Origin: Candidatus Micrarchaeota archaeon
GTDB lineage: Archaea > B1Sed10-29 > WALL01 > WAMD01
Assembly: GCA_027077895.1 (NCBI GenBank)
Contig: JALWQZ010000023.1
Span: forward strand, 1-24,877
Direction: 5' to 3'
DNA length: 24,877 nucleotides
In this document: piece after piece, positions 6,864 to 16,012 of the stretch
How positions within the stretch are numbered: the stretch's first letter is position 1
Layout: each line of letters opens with the position of its first letter
Translations under genes and position numbers: made by a program
Notes under the pieces: generated by a model
What the model was told of the DNA's origin: nothing
Seen by the model: the letters and a program-made list of their open reading frames with translations, nothing else
Databases searched by the model: none

Positions 6864-8947
6864 TAGTGCCTCCGCTTTGGCATGTGTATATACATATAGA
6901 ACGCAAGGACTAGGAGGCCAATTGCGATTGCCAATGCTGCTATAAACACCAATGTTAGTGTGTAACTGAAGTTTGAATAAGGCGGGACATTTATTTTTAT
7001 TGACTTCTCATAACTGTTTCCAAGTTCATCAAACCATTTTATAACTATACTGTGGGGTCCAGGGGATAGTTTCTTTTGTATTTTGTTTATTATGTCATAC
7101 TGTACACCATCTATATACAACTCAGTGTTTACTGGATTGTTCTTCTTGTTCAATGATACCAATACGAGTCCTTCCTTGCCAACACTTACATTTGCTGTTA
7201 CGTTTGGTTTTGGAAGTACTGTTATCACAACTGTCCTCTCGTCTTCACTGCCCCCACCTGTTACCTTTACAGACACTGTTTTTAGTCCTGATGTTTTGTA
7301 GTTTATTGGGAATGAGAATTTTTTCCTCTCAAGAACATCAGTTACCACACTCTGTTTTTTTACACCATCAAAGAAGTCTACATTGACAGACACTGCCTTT
7401 TCTGCCCTGTTTGTGACATAGAATGAAACGGTTCCGTTTTCGCCAACCAACACTTGTTTTGGGTATGTTAATTGCGAGATACTTATTTTGTTCCCTAGTG
7501 TTGTGTTTATTGGATATACCCATAGACCTCCCTTTGATGTAGTTATCATTAGATCCGATTCTCCTATGTGATCCGCGTTGAATTTTAGCATAGCATTCAT
7601 GCCAGAATCTGAGGAATACTGGTTGTCGTATGCGCCATAAACATACACGTTTTGGTTTGAATTTATGTATGCATATATCTGGTCTCCGAGTTGTGGTTTT
7701 TTGTTTGATAGAGCGATACTTAAACTGGGGGTATCCACTTTCTTTATCTTTAAGTCTATTGTCTTGACTGGGAGTAAATCGGAGTTTGCTGTCAAACCAC
7801 AGGTATATATGTATGAAGGATTTAGGTTTTCTGTTCTCACAGCCCAGTACACTAATTTGCTTTGGCCTGGTTCTATTATCACAACCTTAGTTGGATTCTG
7901 TATACCCACAACCTTTACCTTCCCTACACATGGAGTTAGTGTGACAGGCACTATTGTGAATCTATCTGTTGTTAGGTTGAGCCCCACAAATGTACCAGAG
8001 TTAAAACCCACTATGTTTGAAGGCCGAATCACGCTGACATTTACAGGTGGGTTTCCCTGGACTAAATTATCTATGTGTATACTCCCTATTCCTGAACTGA
8101 AATACTCCCCACCTGTTCCTTCTGTTTTCCAATCCACCGTTCCCCCTTCTCCGATATACCTTATTCTTGAATCAAATTTCCTTTCCTTTGTCCTGTAGAA
8201 TGGAATATGTGTGGCGTCCATACTCCCTGCTATGTCCCATGTAGGATCAAACGGGACCCATTTCCCTAGATACACCTCTGCCCACATATGCCCTGTTGGT
8301 CCCTGATTACCGTATGCAATTCCACCCACAAACCTAGCGGGGTATCCTAAACTTCTGGCAAGTGTGACAAATAGGGTTGCATACTCTACGCATACACCCT
8401 TTCTGTACTGTATTATTTGATCAGCACTTAGGTATTTTCCAGCATAGGATTCGTCATAGGTAATGTAATCATGCACCCACTGCATCAGTGTTGCTAGTTT
8501 TTGGAAGTCATCTACCTTTCCAGCAGTTATGTTCTTGGCTAGGTTTTTGAAGTAAGCCTCGTTGCTAGGCACTCCCTCACTTGGTTGCGTATACTCTAGA
8601 TATGGGCTTATATCATAAGACTTTGGAATGTTCTTTATTGTTTGGGCTTTAGTGTTAACATGGCAAACAACATCGTAGTGGACTATATGTGGGGGATACT
8701 TGTATTCCAGATGGGCCACGCTCACACCATTGAATTTAACGACGCTGGCGTTGCAGTGGACCGTTTGGAAACTTGTATTTTGGGGTATTGTCAGGTTCAG
8801 ATCAATTTTCTGGACTGGCCCATCAACAGTTAGGACCCCACTCACGTAAATAGTGGATTCCATCTCTGTTACTAGTTGCGATTTTACATCTGAGAGACCT
8901 AGTGGTATTATCAACAGCAGTATTATAACGAAGTAATACGCTTTCAT
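6863..8947 (-). CDS. Transglutaminase-like cysteine-protease-fold surface protein (signal peptide, TGase core, beta-rich repeats, C-terminal TM anchor)
   Basis: N-terminal signal peptide MKAYYFVIILLLIIPLGLS. TGase core GVCVEYATLFVTLARSLGYPARFVGG...GHMWAEVYLGKWVPFDPTW (Cys-His-Asp). About 11 N-x-S/T sequons. C-terminal TLTLVFIAALAIAIGLLVLAFYMYI + HMPKRRH. Confidence 0.75.
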   Translation of the reverse strand: MKAYYFVIILLLIIPLGLSDVKSQLVTEMESTIYVSGVLTVDGPVQKIDLNLTIPQNTSFQTVHCNASVVKFNGVSVAHLEYKYPPHIVHYDVVCHVNTKAQTIKNIPKSYDISPYLEYTQPSEGVPSNEAYFKNLAKNITAGKVDDFQKLATLMQWVHDYITYDESYAGKYLSADQIIQYRKGVCVEYATLFVTLARSLGYPARFVGGIAYGNQGPTGHMWAEVYLGKWVPFDPTWDIAGSMDATHIPFYRTKERKFDSRIRYIGEGGTVDWKTEGTGGEYFSSGIGSIHIDNLVQGNPPVNVSVIRPSNIVGFNSGTFVGLNLTTDRFTIVPVTLTPCVGKVKVVGIQNPTKVVIIEPGQSKLVYWAVRTENLNPSYIYTCGLTANSDLLPVKTIDLKIKKVDTPSLSIALSNKKPQLGDQIYAYINSNQNVYVYGAYDNQYSSDSGMNAMLKFNADHIGESDLMITTSKGGLWVYPINTTLGNKISISQLTYPKQVLVGENGTVSFYVTNRAEKAVSVNVDFFDGVKKQSVVTDVLERKKFSFPINYKTSGLKTVSVKVTGGGSEDERTVVITVLPKPNVTANVSVGKEGLVLVSLNKKNNPVNTELYIDGVQYDIINKIQKKLSPGPHSIVIKWFDELGNSYEKSIKINVPPYSNFSYTLTLVFIAALAIAIGLLVLAFYMYIHMPKRRH

Positions 8948-8985
8948 GCCAATACTAAAATATCCGAGATTAAAAATAGTTTTGG

Positions 8986-10263
8986 TCAGCGGCTTATTTC
9001 AATACCACCGGGTTTTAGCATTGTGATCCTGTTTATGCTTATGTCCTTCTTCTCTTTGCCCATGTGAACTGTGATGATACCCCTCTTTGACTGAATTCCT
9101 ACAACTTCCCCAACTTCTCTATTCTGGTGAGTTACTATCATGCCTCTCTTTATGTGCCTGAGCATGAACTTCCTATACGACCTGTTTATTATTGCGAATC
9201 CGAATAGGGTAATGATTATTGCGACGATTGTGATCATTATTATGTCGATGAATGTGGGCCCCTCAAACAATGTTGATGACCACGCTAGGAAGAATTTTGC
9301 GCTTATGTCTATTATTAGATATGCTGCTATTGCTGTCACCATTGCTTTTCCATATCTCTTTATCTTTATTACCTCGCCCCTATTATACATGTCTACTATC
9401 CTGCCGCTATAAAACAGGAGTACACTTAGCAGGAGCAGGCCTAGTGATCCTATAACAAATGAGATGACCGGAGGTCCTAGACTGGCCTGGCCAACTGCCA
9501 ACAGTTTCTCGTACGTGTCGTTTGCTGAGTCTATCCCTGCCCATACAGATAATGCGAGCACTAAAAGAGTTGAAATGTATAGTGGAAAACTGGCCCTTTC
9601 GAAACTAGTTGTCTTTCTGAATGATGTAATCCAGTGTGCTAGCGCATCCTCTAGCCCGAAGCCCTTGAATATTAGGTATAGTCCTAGGACTCCAAGTGTT
9701 ATGCTTAGCGACAGTTTCTGCATCCCCATGGTGTAGACTATTGCATATAAGACTAGGATTATACCTGGAAGGCCGAATATCAACCTAGCAAAGTGCGGGT
9801 CTTTTAGGACTTCTTTTATTAGGTAGAATGAACTCTCTATTGCCTGGGATTGTTTTATTACCACCCTCTGTATATTTGCGATTTTAGTGATCCCCTGTAT
9901 TACGGGTATCAACTGTTCGTCATCAGCACCATCGCTCACCAGCACGACGTCTTCAAATTTGTATTTGTCCTTTAGGTTTTCTAACTGCCTTGCAACTTCC
10001 CTGTCAGCCTTTATCCCCCTGTCTCTGTGGCCAGTTATGACTGCGATTTCTACATCTTCACCGAGTTCCTTCATCTCTCTGTACGCCTTTATTGCACCAA
10101 ATATTGCATTTGCGTCTGATTCCCCAGGATCAGATATTGCTAGAATTTCAGCGGCCTTTATACATGCCTTTTCTCCAACTATGGGACCCTTTAGGGAAGT
10201 CTTTTTTCCTAGATCATCATCCCTATCCACTGTTATGACCAAAGTTTTAACCTTCCTGACCAT
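8986..10263 (-). CDS. Conserved archaeal membrane protein: cytoplasmic alpha/beta N-domain, polytopic core, small C-terminal beta domain (resembles the DUF373 family as I recall it)
   Basis: N-terminal 150 aa soluble (VKTLVITVDRDDDLGKK...VVLVSDGADDEQLIPVIQGI), then about six hydrophobic helices, then a soluble C-terminus (GMIVTHQNREVGEVVGIQSKRGIITVH). The family assignment is from memory. Confidence 0.45.
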   Translation of the reverse strand: MVRKVKTLVITVDRDDDLGKKTSLKGPIVGEKACIKAAEILAISDPGESDANAIFGAIKAYREMKELGEDVEIAVITGHRDRGIKADREVARQLENLKDKYKFEDVVLVSDGADDEQLIPVIQGITKIANIQRVVIKQSQAIESSFYLIKEVLKDPHFARLIFGLPGIILVLYAIVYTMGMQKLSLSITLGVLGLYLIFKGFGLEDALAHWITSFRKTTSFERASFPLYISTLLVLALSVWAGIDSANDTYEKLLAVGQASLGPPVISFVIGSLGLLLLSVLLFYSGRIVDMYNRGEVIKIKRYGKAMVTAIAAYLIIDISAKFFLAWSSTLFEGPTFIDIIMITIVAIIITLFGFAIINRSYRKFMLRHIKRGMIVTHQNREVGEVVGIQSKRGIITVHMGKEKKDISINRITMLKPGGIEISR

Positions 10264-10276
10264 AATTTAACACTAA

Positions 10277-10304
10277 ATTTATATAGCGCGGCTAAGTTTA
10301 TATA
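10277..10304. promoter_or_regulatory. Divergent promoter region with two TATA-like boxes (aaatttatata; gtttatatat)
   Basis: A/T boxes 18-28 nt upstream of the minus-strand ATG (10263) and the plus-strand stomatin ATG (10328). GGGGG RBS at 10316-10320. Confidence 0.35.
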
Positions 10305-10327
10305 TCTGACTGTAGTAGGGGGTTGTG

Positions 10328-11371
10328 ATGAGGTTTACTAAGAGGCAAGTTAAGAAGCCAGTAGATAGGCGGGACGTCTATATATTTCTTTTTATACTCA
10401 TAATTGGATTTTTCGTTTTGTTAGGTTTGTTTTATTTGACCTTGATAGGCAATCTCGGGTTCTTGATAGGTTTGTTGGTGCTACTCGGTATTCTATATTT
10501 TATCACTCCACCATTTATAGTTGAAGTCAAAGAGTATGAAAGGGCAGTTGTGTTTAGGTTAGGGAGATTCGTTAAAATCCTTGGCCCAGGTCTGCATATT
10601 TTGACACCGTTCACAGATGAGGCAGTTGTAGTTGATATGAGAGTTCAAACAATAGACGTGCCGAAACAAAAGGTGGTCACAAAGGATGAAATTGAGATTA
10701 CAATTGATGCTATCATATACTACAAGGTCGTTGACGTAAAGAAGGCAATCATAGATGTTAGAGATTATAGAGAGGCAGCCGTTAGTGCCACTTATGCTCA
10801 TTTAAGAGATATAATCGGGAAGATGTCACTTAGTGAGGTGCTCTCGAATATAGATAGAATCAACAAACTCGTTTATCATGGTTTAAAGCCGATGGCGGAG
10901 GAGTGGGGGGTCTCTGTTGACAAGGTTGAGATAAAGGAAGTTTACCTTCCAGATGAGGTTATCAATGCAATGCACAGGAAGAAGGCAGCAGAGGAATTGA
11001 AGAAGGCAGCAGAGCAGGAAGCATTGGCTAATGCCATACGTATAGATGCGGTCAGGGAGGCTGCAGGTAAATTGAATGAACCAGCGTTGCAGTACTTGTA
11101 CTTAGAGGCACTCAAGAAGGTGGCTGAGGGTAGGTCTAGCAAGATTTTGTTCCCTGTTGAGTTGAGCAAGATGGCAGAGAGAATTGCTGGTGTCACTGGC
11201 AAGGACTACAAAACGGTTGAGTCAGATTTGAAGAAACAGTTTAGAGAATTTGTCAAGAACGAGGAGATTAACGTAAAGGGCTCAAATAAACATGTTAAGG
11301 AGTATCTAAAAAAGAGGCCAAAGACAAACAGAGTGAAGACAACCCACACCCGCACCAAGGTGTCCAAATGA
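10328..11371 (+). CDS. Stomatin/prohibitin-family (SPFH/band 7) membrane protein
   Basis: N-terminal TM hairpin, then SPFH core EYERAVVFRLGRFVKILGPGLHILTPFTDEAVVVDMRVQTIDVPKQKVVTKDEIEITIDAIIYYKVVD, then a coiled-coil C-terminus. ATG at 10328 is preferred to GTG 10325. Confidence 0.85.
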   Translation: MRFTKRQVKKPVDRRDVYIFLFILIIGFFVLLGLFYLTLIGNLGFLIGLLVLLGILYFITPPFIVEVKEYERAVVFRLGRFVKILGPGLHILTPFTDEAVVVDMRVQTIDVPKQKVVTKDEIEITIDAIIYYKVVDVKKAIIDVRDYREAAVSATYAHLRDIIGKMSLSEVLSNIDRINKLVYHGLKPMAEEWGVSVDKVEIKEVYLPDEVINAMHRKKAAEELKKAAEQEALANAIRIDAVREAAGKLNEPALQYLYLEALKKVAEGRSSKILFPVELSKMAERIAGVTGKDYKTVESDLKKQFREFVKNEEINVKGSNKHVKEYLKKRPKTNRVKTTHTRTKVSK

Positions 11372-11799
11372 TCCCCAACTACCTAATCCCTCTTATTCTT
11401 TCAATAACCCCTGGAGTTGAGGTTAGAGGGGCGGTTTTGTATTCCAGGTTTGCTGGTCTAGGCTTGTTCACTGGGTATATTCTACCAATTCTTGCTAGCA
11501 CCCTGATAATCCCTCTGGTCTATGCTGGCGTTTACTATTTTTTGGATTTATTGATGATATTTTCGCCCGTTAGGAGGATGGTTTTGAAAACGAGGGAAAA
11601 GGTTTCTAGATACACAGAGAAGTACCAGTTCGGGGGCCTGCTGCTGTTTGTGGCGATTCCATTCCCAGGGAGTGGCTTGTACACCGGATCTCTAGGGGCT
11701 GCCATTTTGGGCATAAAAAAGAGGATTGCCGTACCTGCACTTCTAATTGGGAATCTACTAGCCTTCCTCATAATCCTGGGGCTATCCTACCTCCTGTAA
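11368..11799 (+). CDS. Small polytopic membrane protein (possibly COG2426 / small multidrug-export-like family), translationally coupled to stomatin
   Basis: ATGA start/stop overlap with the stomatin gene. Four predicted TM helices. Internal repeat motifs ITPGVEVRGAV... and AIPFPGSGLYTGSLGAA resemble that family. The assignment is tentative. Confidence 0.5.
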   Translation: MIPNYLIPLILSITPGVEVRGAVLYSRFAGLGLFTGYILPILASTLIIPLVYAGVYYFLDLLMIFSPVRRMVLKTREKVSRYTEKYQFGGLLLFVAIPFPGSGLYTGSLGAAILGIKKRIAVPALLIGNLLAFLIILGLSYLL

Positions 11800-11808
11800 G
11801 CCTTATTT

Positions 11809-12615
11809 CTAGATGGACTCTATGAATGCACCTATCACTATGAACAACACACTTAGACCTACCATTATCCCAATGTCTCTCCATATTACCCTGTATTTTG
11901 TGTGTCCTCTCATTATGGCTGCGGACATGACACCCCCGGCAACCCCACCTATCAGGTACCCAGTTATTTCAAATATTCCGTGTGGTAGTAGCCTAACGGT
12001 GCTGACGGGTAGTGCTATGAGATAGGCCAATGAGTTAGAGATTCCCATTGTTCTTGAGAACTGGTTTGAGGTTACCCCTATCAATACCCCTACGATGCTG
12101 GCGTTCCATGTTATCACGTATATGGCCCCTGCACCGTATAAGAAGGAGAACAGAAGGACAAATGCAAGAACTTGCAGATTGTTCATGAGTATGCAAGCGA
12201 AACCGCACGGGCTAGCAATATGCCCCTGCACTGCAATTGTGTGGATTGCCTTCAACTCACTTATTTGTGGGTTAAATATTTTTGTTGCTATCCCGTTTGG
12301 GAGTAGGACGTACGCGAGGGAGATGCCTAGAACGACGCCAATAAATAGTGAACCATAGGCTTCTATTATTTTTCCGTGTCTTTCCATGAACGTTTCCTTT
12401 ATCTTTCTTTCTTCTTCTTCCTCGCTCCATATCATGTGAACTAGGAGGGGTGTTGAACCTATACACATAAGAGCCACGATTAAGTGCCCAACTTCACCCA
12501 TGTTCCCTATTATAACACCTAGCCATGTGGATACAATGCTTAGTGCCAGTCCGAATGCTATCAACCTACTAGGCCTTCTCTCTGCTGTATTTGGGCTGAG
12601 TATGAGGTCAAACAT
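11809..12615 (-). CDS. SpoIIM/DUF95-like integral membrane protein
   Basis: 268 aa, about 6 TM helices, an acidic stretch EEEEER after TM2, and Gly-rich helices LIGGVAGGV. Resembles the stage II sporulation protein M family widespread in archaea. From memory. Confidence 0.45.
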   Translation of the reverse strand: MFDLILSPNTAERRPSRLIAFGLALSIVSTWLGVIIGNMGEVGHLIVALMCIGSTPLLVHMIWSEEEEERKIKETFMERHGKIIEAYGSLFIGVVLGISLAYVLLPNGIATKIFNPQISELKAIHTIAVQGHIASPCGFACILMNNLQVLAFVLLFSFLYGAGAIYVITWNASIVGVLIGVTSNQFSRTMGISNSLAYLIALPVSTVRLLPHGIFEITGYLIGGVAGGVMSAAIMRGHTKYRVIWRDIGIMVGLSVLFIVIGAFIESI

Positions 12616-12639
12616 GCTATTAATAACGTATCCACTACA

Positions 12640-12647
12640 TTTAAATA
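12640..12647. promoter_or_regulatory. Palindromic TATA element TTTAAATA positioned for both divergent genes
   Basis: About 25-30 nt upstream of the minus-strand ATG (12613-12615) and about 44 nt upstream of the csl4 ATG (12688), which has a GGTGGT RBS. Confidence 0.4.
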
Positions 12648-12687
12648 CTATATGCCCCCAAATTCTACTGCTTTTTTTGGTGGTAAT

Positions 12688-13287
12688 ATGGAGCCGGTAG
12701 TACCTGGAGAGTTTGTTGGATATGAGGAAGAGTTTATGCCAGGATTTGGTACTTACTCTGAGAACGGGGATGTTTACTCCTCAAACATTGGAGAACTTGA
12801 AAAGGATGTCAAGAAGAGAGAGGTCAAGGTTAAAGTTAAGACCAGAATCCCAATGTTCTTTAAGAGAGGAATGTCAGTTTATGGGAGAATTGCTCAGATG
12901 ACGGATAACATTGCGGTTGTTGATATTATTCCAATGGTAGTTGGACAGTTTTACTACGTTCCTAGACCAGTTACACACATTCTTCCAATATCTGAAGTCA
13001 AGCGAGGGTATACTACGAGTATGAGGGATGAATTTAGGATTGGAGATATAATAAAGGCAAAGATACTGAGCATGGATCAGCACACGGTCACGCTTACGAC
13101 AAAGGCGATGGATTTAGGTGTCGTTAAAGCGTTTTGTACGCAGTGTAGACACCCGTTGGTTAAAGACAAGAATGCATTGAAGTGCCCAAATTGCGGCAAC
13201 ATTGAGCATAGAAAAGTTTCTGTTGATTATGGGAAGATAGGAGGGATATTGTATGAAACTGAAGGTTCAAGAGGAGAAAGGGAATGA
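12688..13287 (+). CDS. csl4: Exosome complex RNA-binding subunit Csl4
   Basis: N-terminal VVPGEFVGY motif, central S1 domain, C-terminal zinc ribbon CTQC...CPNC. Start at ATG 12688 (RBS GGTGGT) rather than the track's 12652, which lies inside the promoter. Confidence 0.85.
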   Translation: MEPVVPGEFVGYEEEFMPGFGTYSENGDVYSSNIGELEKDVKKREVKVKVKTRIPMFFKRGMSVYGRIAQMTDNIAVVDIIPMVVGQFYYVPRPVTHILPISEVKRGYTTSMRDEFRIGDIIKAKILSMDQHTVTLTTKAMDLGVVKAFCTQCRHPLVKDKNALKCPNCGNIEHRKVSVDYGKIGGILYETEGSRGERE

Positions 13288-13546
13288 GTTGATAATTGAG
13301 ATTGAGGGCGAAGAGCATAGTTTCCCAGCCTTGGTTGCATGGGCCTTGTTGCAGGATCCAAATGTCGAGTTTGCTGTTTATGATAAGGAGCACCCTTTAG
13401 TTGGCAATGCTAAGTTGTACGTTAAGACGAAGAGAGGTTCTCCTTGGAATGCACTGAAGAAGGCAGTTTCAACGATAGAAAATGAATTTGATGAATTGCT
13501 AAAATTGACTGAGGAGAAAAAGACAACCAAGAAGAAAAAGAAGTGA
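13253..13546 (+). CDS. rpoL: DNA-directed RNA polymerase subunit L (Rpo11)
   Basis: MKLKVQEEKGNELIIEIEGEEHSFPALVAWALLQDPNVEFAVYDKEHPL matches the Rpo11/RpoL consensus. Lys-rich tail. Overlaps the csl4 end by 35 nt. Confidence 0.85.
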   Translation: MKLKVQEEKGNELIIEIEGEEHSFPALVAWALLQDPNVEFAVYDKEHPLVGNAKLYVKTKRGSPWNALKKAVSTIENEFDELLKLTEEKKTTKKKKK

Positions 13547-13550
13547 TATT

Positions 13551-14126
13551 GTGATAAAACCCTTGGCTAGGCAGATTGGCTTTGACGATGGTCACTTCTT
13601 GAAGGCCGATAATTATACGCCATTAGTTGGGACTGTTGTTAGGGGCAATGAATTGATTGAAGGCTTTTTGTTTGATAGGGTATCTGTTGATGGTGATGAC
13701 TCTGGTCAAGTTGTTTCTAAACTTATTTCTAATTCAAAGTTTTATGACACATTGAAGGTAGTGTTTTTTAAGGGTGTCACGCTCGGCGGTTTTAACGTGA
13801 TAGACATACGGGATCTCAGTAATGAACTGTCCTTGCCTGTGATTGTTGTCTTGAGGAGACTTCCTGATATGAAAAGTATAGAGGCAGCATTGTTGAAGGT
13901 TGAAAACAGTAAAGGGAAACTTGAGAGGATGAAGCACGCTGGTAGGATATATGAGGTGCCCAGGCCTAAGGGGAAGTTGTACTTCCAAAAGGCAGGTGTT
14001 GGCAAGAGGGAGGCAAAGGAATTAATTGAGATGAGTATAAAAACAGGGAACATTCCAGAGAGTCTTAGGATAAGCCATTTAATTGCCAGTGCGGTTACAC
14101 TAGGTGAAAGTAGGAGGAGGGCGTGA
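13551..14126 (+). CDS. DUF99/UPF0215 family protein (RNase H-like fold, function unknown)
   Basis: IGFDDGHF near the N-terminus matches the family's N-terminal IGIDDG signature as I recall it. Length about 190 aa. GTG start. Confidence 0.6.
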   Translation: MIKPLARQIGFDDGHFLKADNYTPLVGTVVRGNELIEGFLFDRVSVDGDDSGQVVSKLISNSKFYDTLKVVFFKGVTLGGFNVIDIRDLSNELSLPVIVVLRRLPDMKSIEAALLKVENSKGKLERMKHAGRIYEVPRPKGKLYFQKAGVGKREAKELIEMSIKTGNIPESLRISHLIASAVTLGESRRRA

Positions 14127-14914
14127 TGAAACTAAATCTATCCAGATATGACCCAGCAGAGTGGTTAAAAAAGAGGTACAACCTAGAGGGCTGGAAGGCA
14201 GAGTTGGTCGATGTTGCAGTAGGCTTTCTCATTGCTGCGGTTATATACTATGGGATAATGCCACTGTTTTTAGGGGCCTACCCTCCGGCAACAATCGTGG
14301 AGAGTTGCTCAATGGCTGGAACACTGCAGGTTGGGGATGTTGTTTTGTTGAAGGGTATTAGTTTTAACGAAATAAATGCACCTTTAGTTAGGCTCAACAC
14401 CACGAACATCAGTTTTAGGATTGTTCCTAACACCTGGAGAACCGCTCAGGCTAGGGAACTGATATTCAAGGACGGCACCCCTAGGGTTGTCAATATAACT
14501 AGAAATGGGGACATTGTTGTTTACCACTCCCCACTGTCTGGTAAGCAGATTATACATAGAGTTATTGCGAAGGTTGTCACATCTAACGGAGGGCATTTTT
14601 TGATAACTAAGGGGGATGCCAACACAATCCCTGATCAGGCCAAGATAACATGTGCCCAGTGGGTGGTTGAGGGCAAGTACTACCGATGTGTTGAACTTTC
14701 TCCAACTATAAATGAGACGTGCCAGTATCCTAGAGACAAGGGGTGGCCAGGGTGTATATCCAGTCCTGTTCCGATGAATCATGTCGTTGGTAAGGTAATA
14801 TTTGATATACCTCTAATTGGGCAGGTGAAACTCATACTCCTTGATATTGTGACACTTGGGCATGCTTACCCTACAGGGGTTTTCTGCAAGGCACCATTGT
14901 TCCAGATAAAGTAA
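14126..14914 (+). CDS. Archaeal signal peptidase I (S26B/Sec11-like) with a large insertion
   Basis: N-terminal TM helix, then catalytic Ser box ESCSMAGTLQVGD, later ITKGDAN. ATG overlaps the upstream stop (GTGATG). RBS AGGAGGAGG. Confidence 0.75.
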   Translation: MKLNLSRYDPAEWLKKRYNLEGWKAELVDVAVGFLIAAVIYYGIMPLFLGAYPPATIVESCSMAGTLQVGDVVLLKGISFNEINAPLVRLNTTNISFRIVPNTWRTAQARELIFKDGTPRVVNITRNGDIVVYHSPLSGKQIIHRVIAKVVTSNGGHFLITKGDANTIPDQAKITCAQWVVEGKYYRCVELSPTINETCQYPRDKGWPGCISSPVPMNHVVGKVIFDIPLIGQVKLILLDIVTLGHAYPTGVFCKAPLFQIK

Positions 14915-14921
14915 GATAAAG

Positions 14922-14930
14922 TTTTTAAAT
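14922..14930 (+). promoter_or_regulatory. TATA-like box TTTTTAAAT at the head of the superoperon (upstream of rpl15e)
   Basis: Implies a ~65-nt 5' leader containing the GGCG...CGCC inverted repeat (14973-15001) and the GGAGGTG RBS (15005-15011). Confidence 0.35.
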
Positions 14931-15018
14931 GGTCTGTGCCAAAATAGACATGTTCTAGTTACGGCGAATGTTGGCGATGCGAAATGCTATGCCAGAACGC
15001 CGTGTTGGAGGTGTTTGA

Positions 15019-15597
15019 ATGAGTAGTGCATATAAATACATTCAGAAGAGTTTTCAGGAAGCATACAAAAACAGGTCTGATGAGTTGAGGAGTAGGCTTG
15101 TTGAGTGGAGGAGAGACCCTGCAATAGTTAGGGTTGACAGGCCCACGAATATTGCCAGGGCTAGAAACCTGGGGTATAAGGCTAAACAAGGGTTTGTCAT
15201 TATCAGAGTCAGAATAAGGAGAAGTTCTGGAAGACATGAGAGACCGGACCATGTTAGAAAGCCTAGCAAGATGGGAGTTTTGAAGAAGAAGAGAGGAAAG
15301 AGCATACAGTGGATGGCAGAAGAAAGGGCAGCAAGGAAGTTCACTAACCTAGAGGTTTTGAACTCCTATTATGTTGCTGAAGATGGCAGGTACTACTGGT
15401 ATGAAGTTATAATGGTTGACCCGAACCATCCATCTATAAAGAACGACCCGAAGATAAAGTGGGTTGCGAAGGTGAAGGGAAGGGTCTTCAGAGGGTTGAC
15501 GTCTGCTGGCAGGAAGGCTAGAGGACTGAGAAACAAGGGAAGGGGCTCAGAGAAGGTTAGACCCGGTGTGAGGGCAAACCAAAGGAAGGGTAAGTGA
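15019..15597 (+). CDS. rpl15e: 50S ribosomal protein L15e
   Basis: [17 protein letters not shown]..., [12 protein letters not shown], basic C-terminus. Canonical L15e. Confidence 0.9.
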   Translation: MSSAYKYIQKSFQEAYKNRSDELRSRLVEWRRDPAIVRVDRPTNIARARNLGYKAKQGFVIIRVRIRRSSGRHERPDHVRKPSKMGVLKKKRGKSIQWMAEERAARKFTNLEVLNSYYVAEDGRYYWYEVIMVDPNHPSIKNDPKIKWVAKVKGRVFRGLTSAGRKARGLRNKGRGSEKVRPGVRANQRKGK

Positions 15598-15598
15598 A

Positions 15599-16012
15599 AT
15601 GATAACAGGGGTTGATATTGAAGCCTTTTGCTACCCCACAGAGAACATAGAAAAAGTTAAACAGGCGTTCATGACAGTGTCTCCAGTCCCGCCAGAAATC
15701 ACCCACGCCACAACCCACTTTGGTTCAAATGTTTCTGTTCTTAGGGCCAGGTTGAGCAGAAAGTCCGAGATACGTGATTTTTTGCATAGACTAACTAGTT
15801 TGCCTGAAGCGGACAAGGATAAACTTAGGGCAGAGATAAGGTCTAGAGTAGACGATAGGGGAAATTTCTACATACGGTTTGACAAGTTTAGGGCGCTGGA
15901 TGGCGAACTTGATATAACTGACTCAAGTGATGCCATAAAGGTGTCAATCAAGTTTACCACTTACCCGAGATCATTGGATAAGGCAATTGAGGAGATAGAT
16001 GAGTTGATATGA
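15599..16012 (+). CDS. COG1325/DUF54-like predicted RNA-binding protein of the exosome superoperon
   Basis: 137 aa. Its position between rpl15e and the RNase P subunits matches the conserved superoperon. The call rests on context; the N-terminal CYPTENIEKV motif is consistent only from vague recall. Confidence 0.55.
   Translation: MITGVDIEAFCYPTENIEKVKQAFMTVSPVPPEITHATTHFGSNVSVLRARLSRKSEIRDFLHRLTSLPEADKDKLRAEIRSRVDDRGNFYIRFDKFRALDGELDITDSSDAIKVSIKFTTYPRSLDKAIEEIDELI

Noticed and set aside
9071-9094. C-box-like gTGATGA followed 13 nt later by CTGA on the + strand, antisense to the 3' end of the DUF373-like gene
   Set aside because: No C' box or second CTGA at the right spacing downstream, and no terminal stem. 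It lies fully inside a coding region. Most likely a chance occurrence.
12652-12687. Track start for csl4 at ATG 12652 (N-terminal extension MPPNSTAFFGGN)
   Set aside because: It overlaps the TATA box and would leave no promoter. ATG 12688 has an RBS and gives the conserved Csl4 N-terminus.
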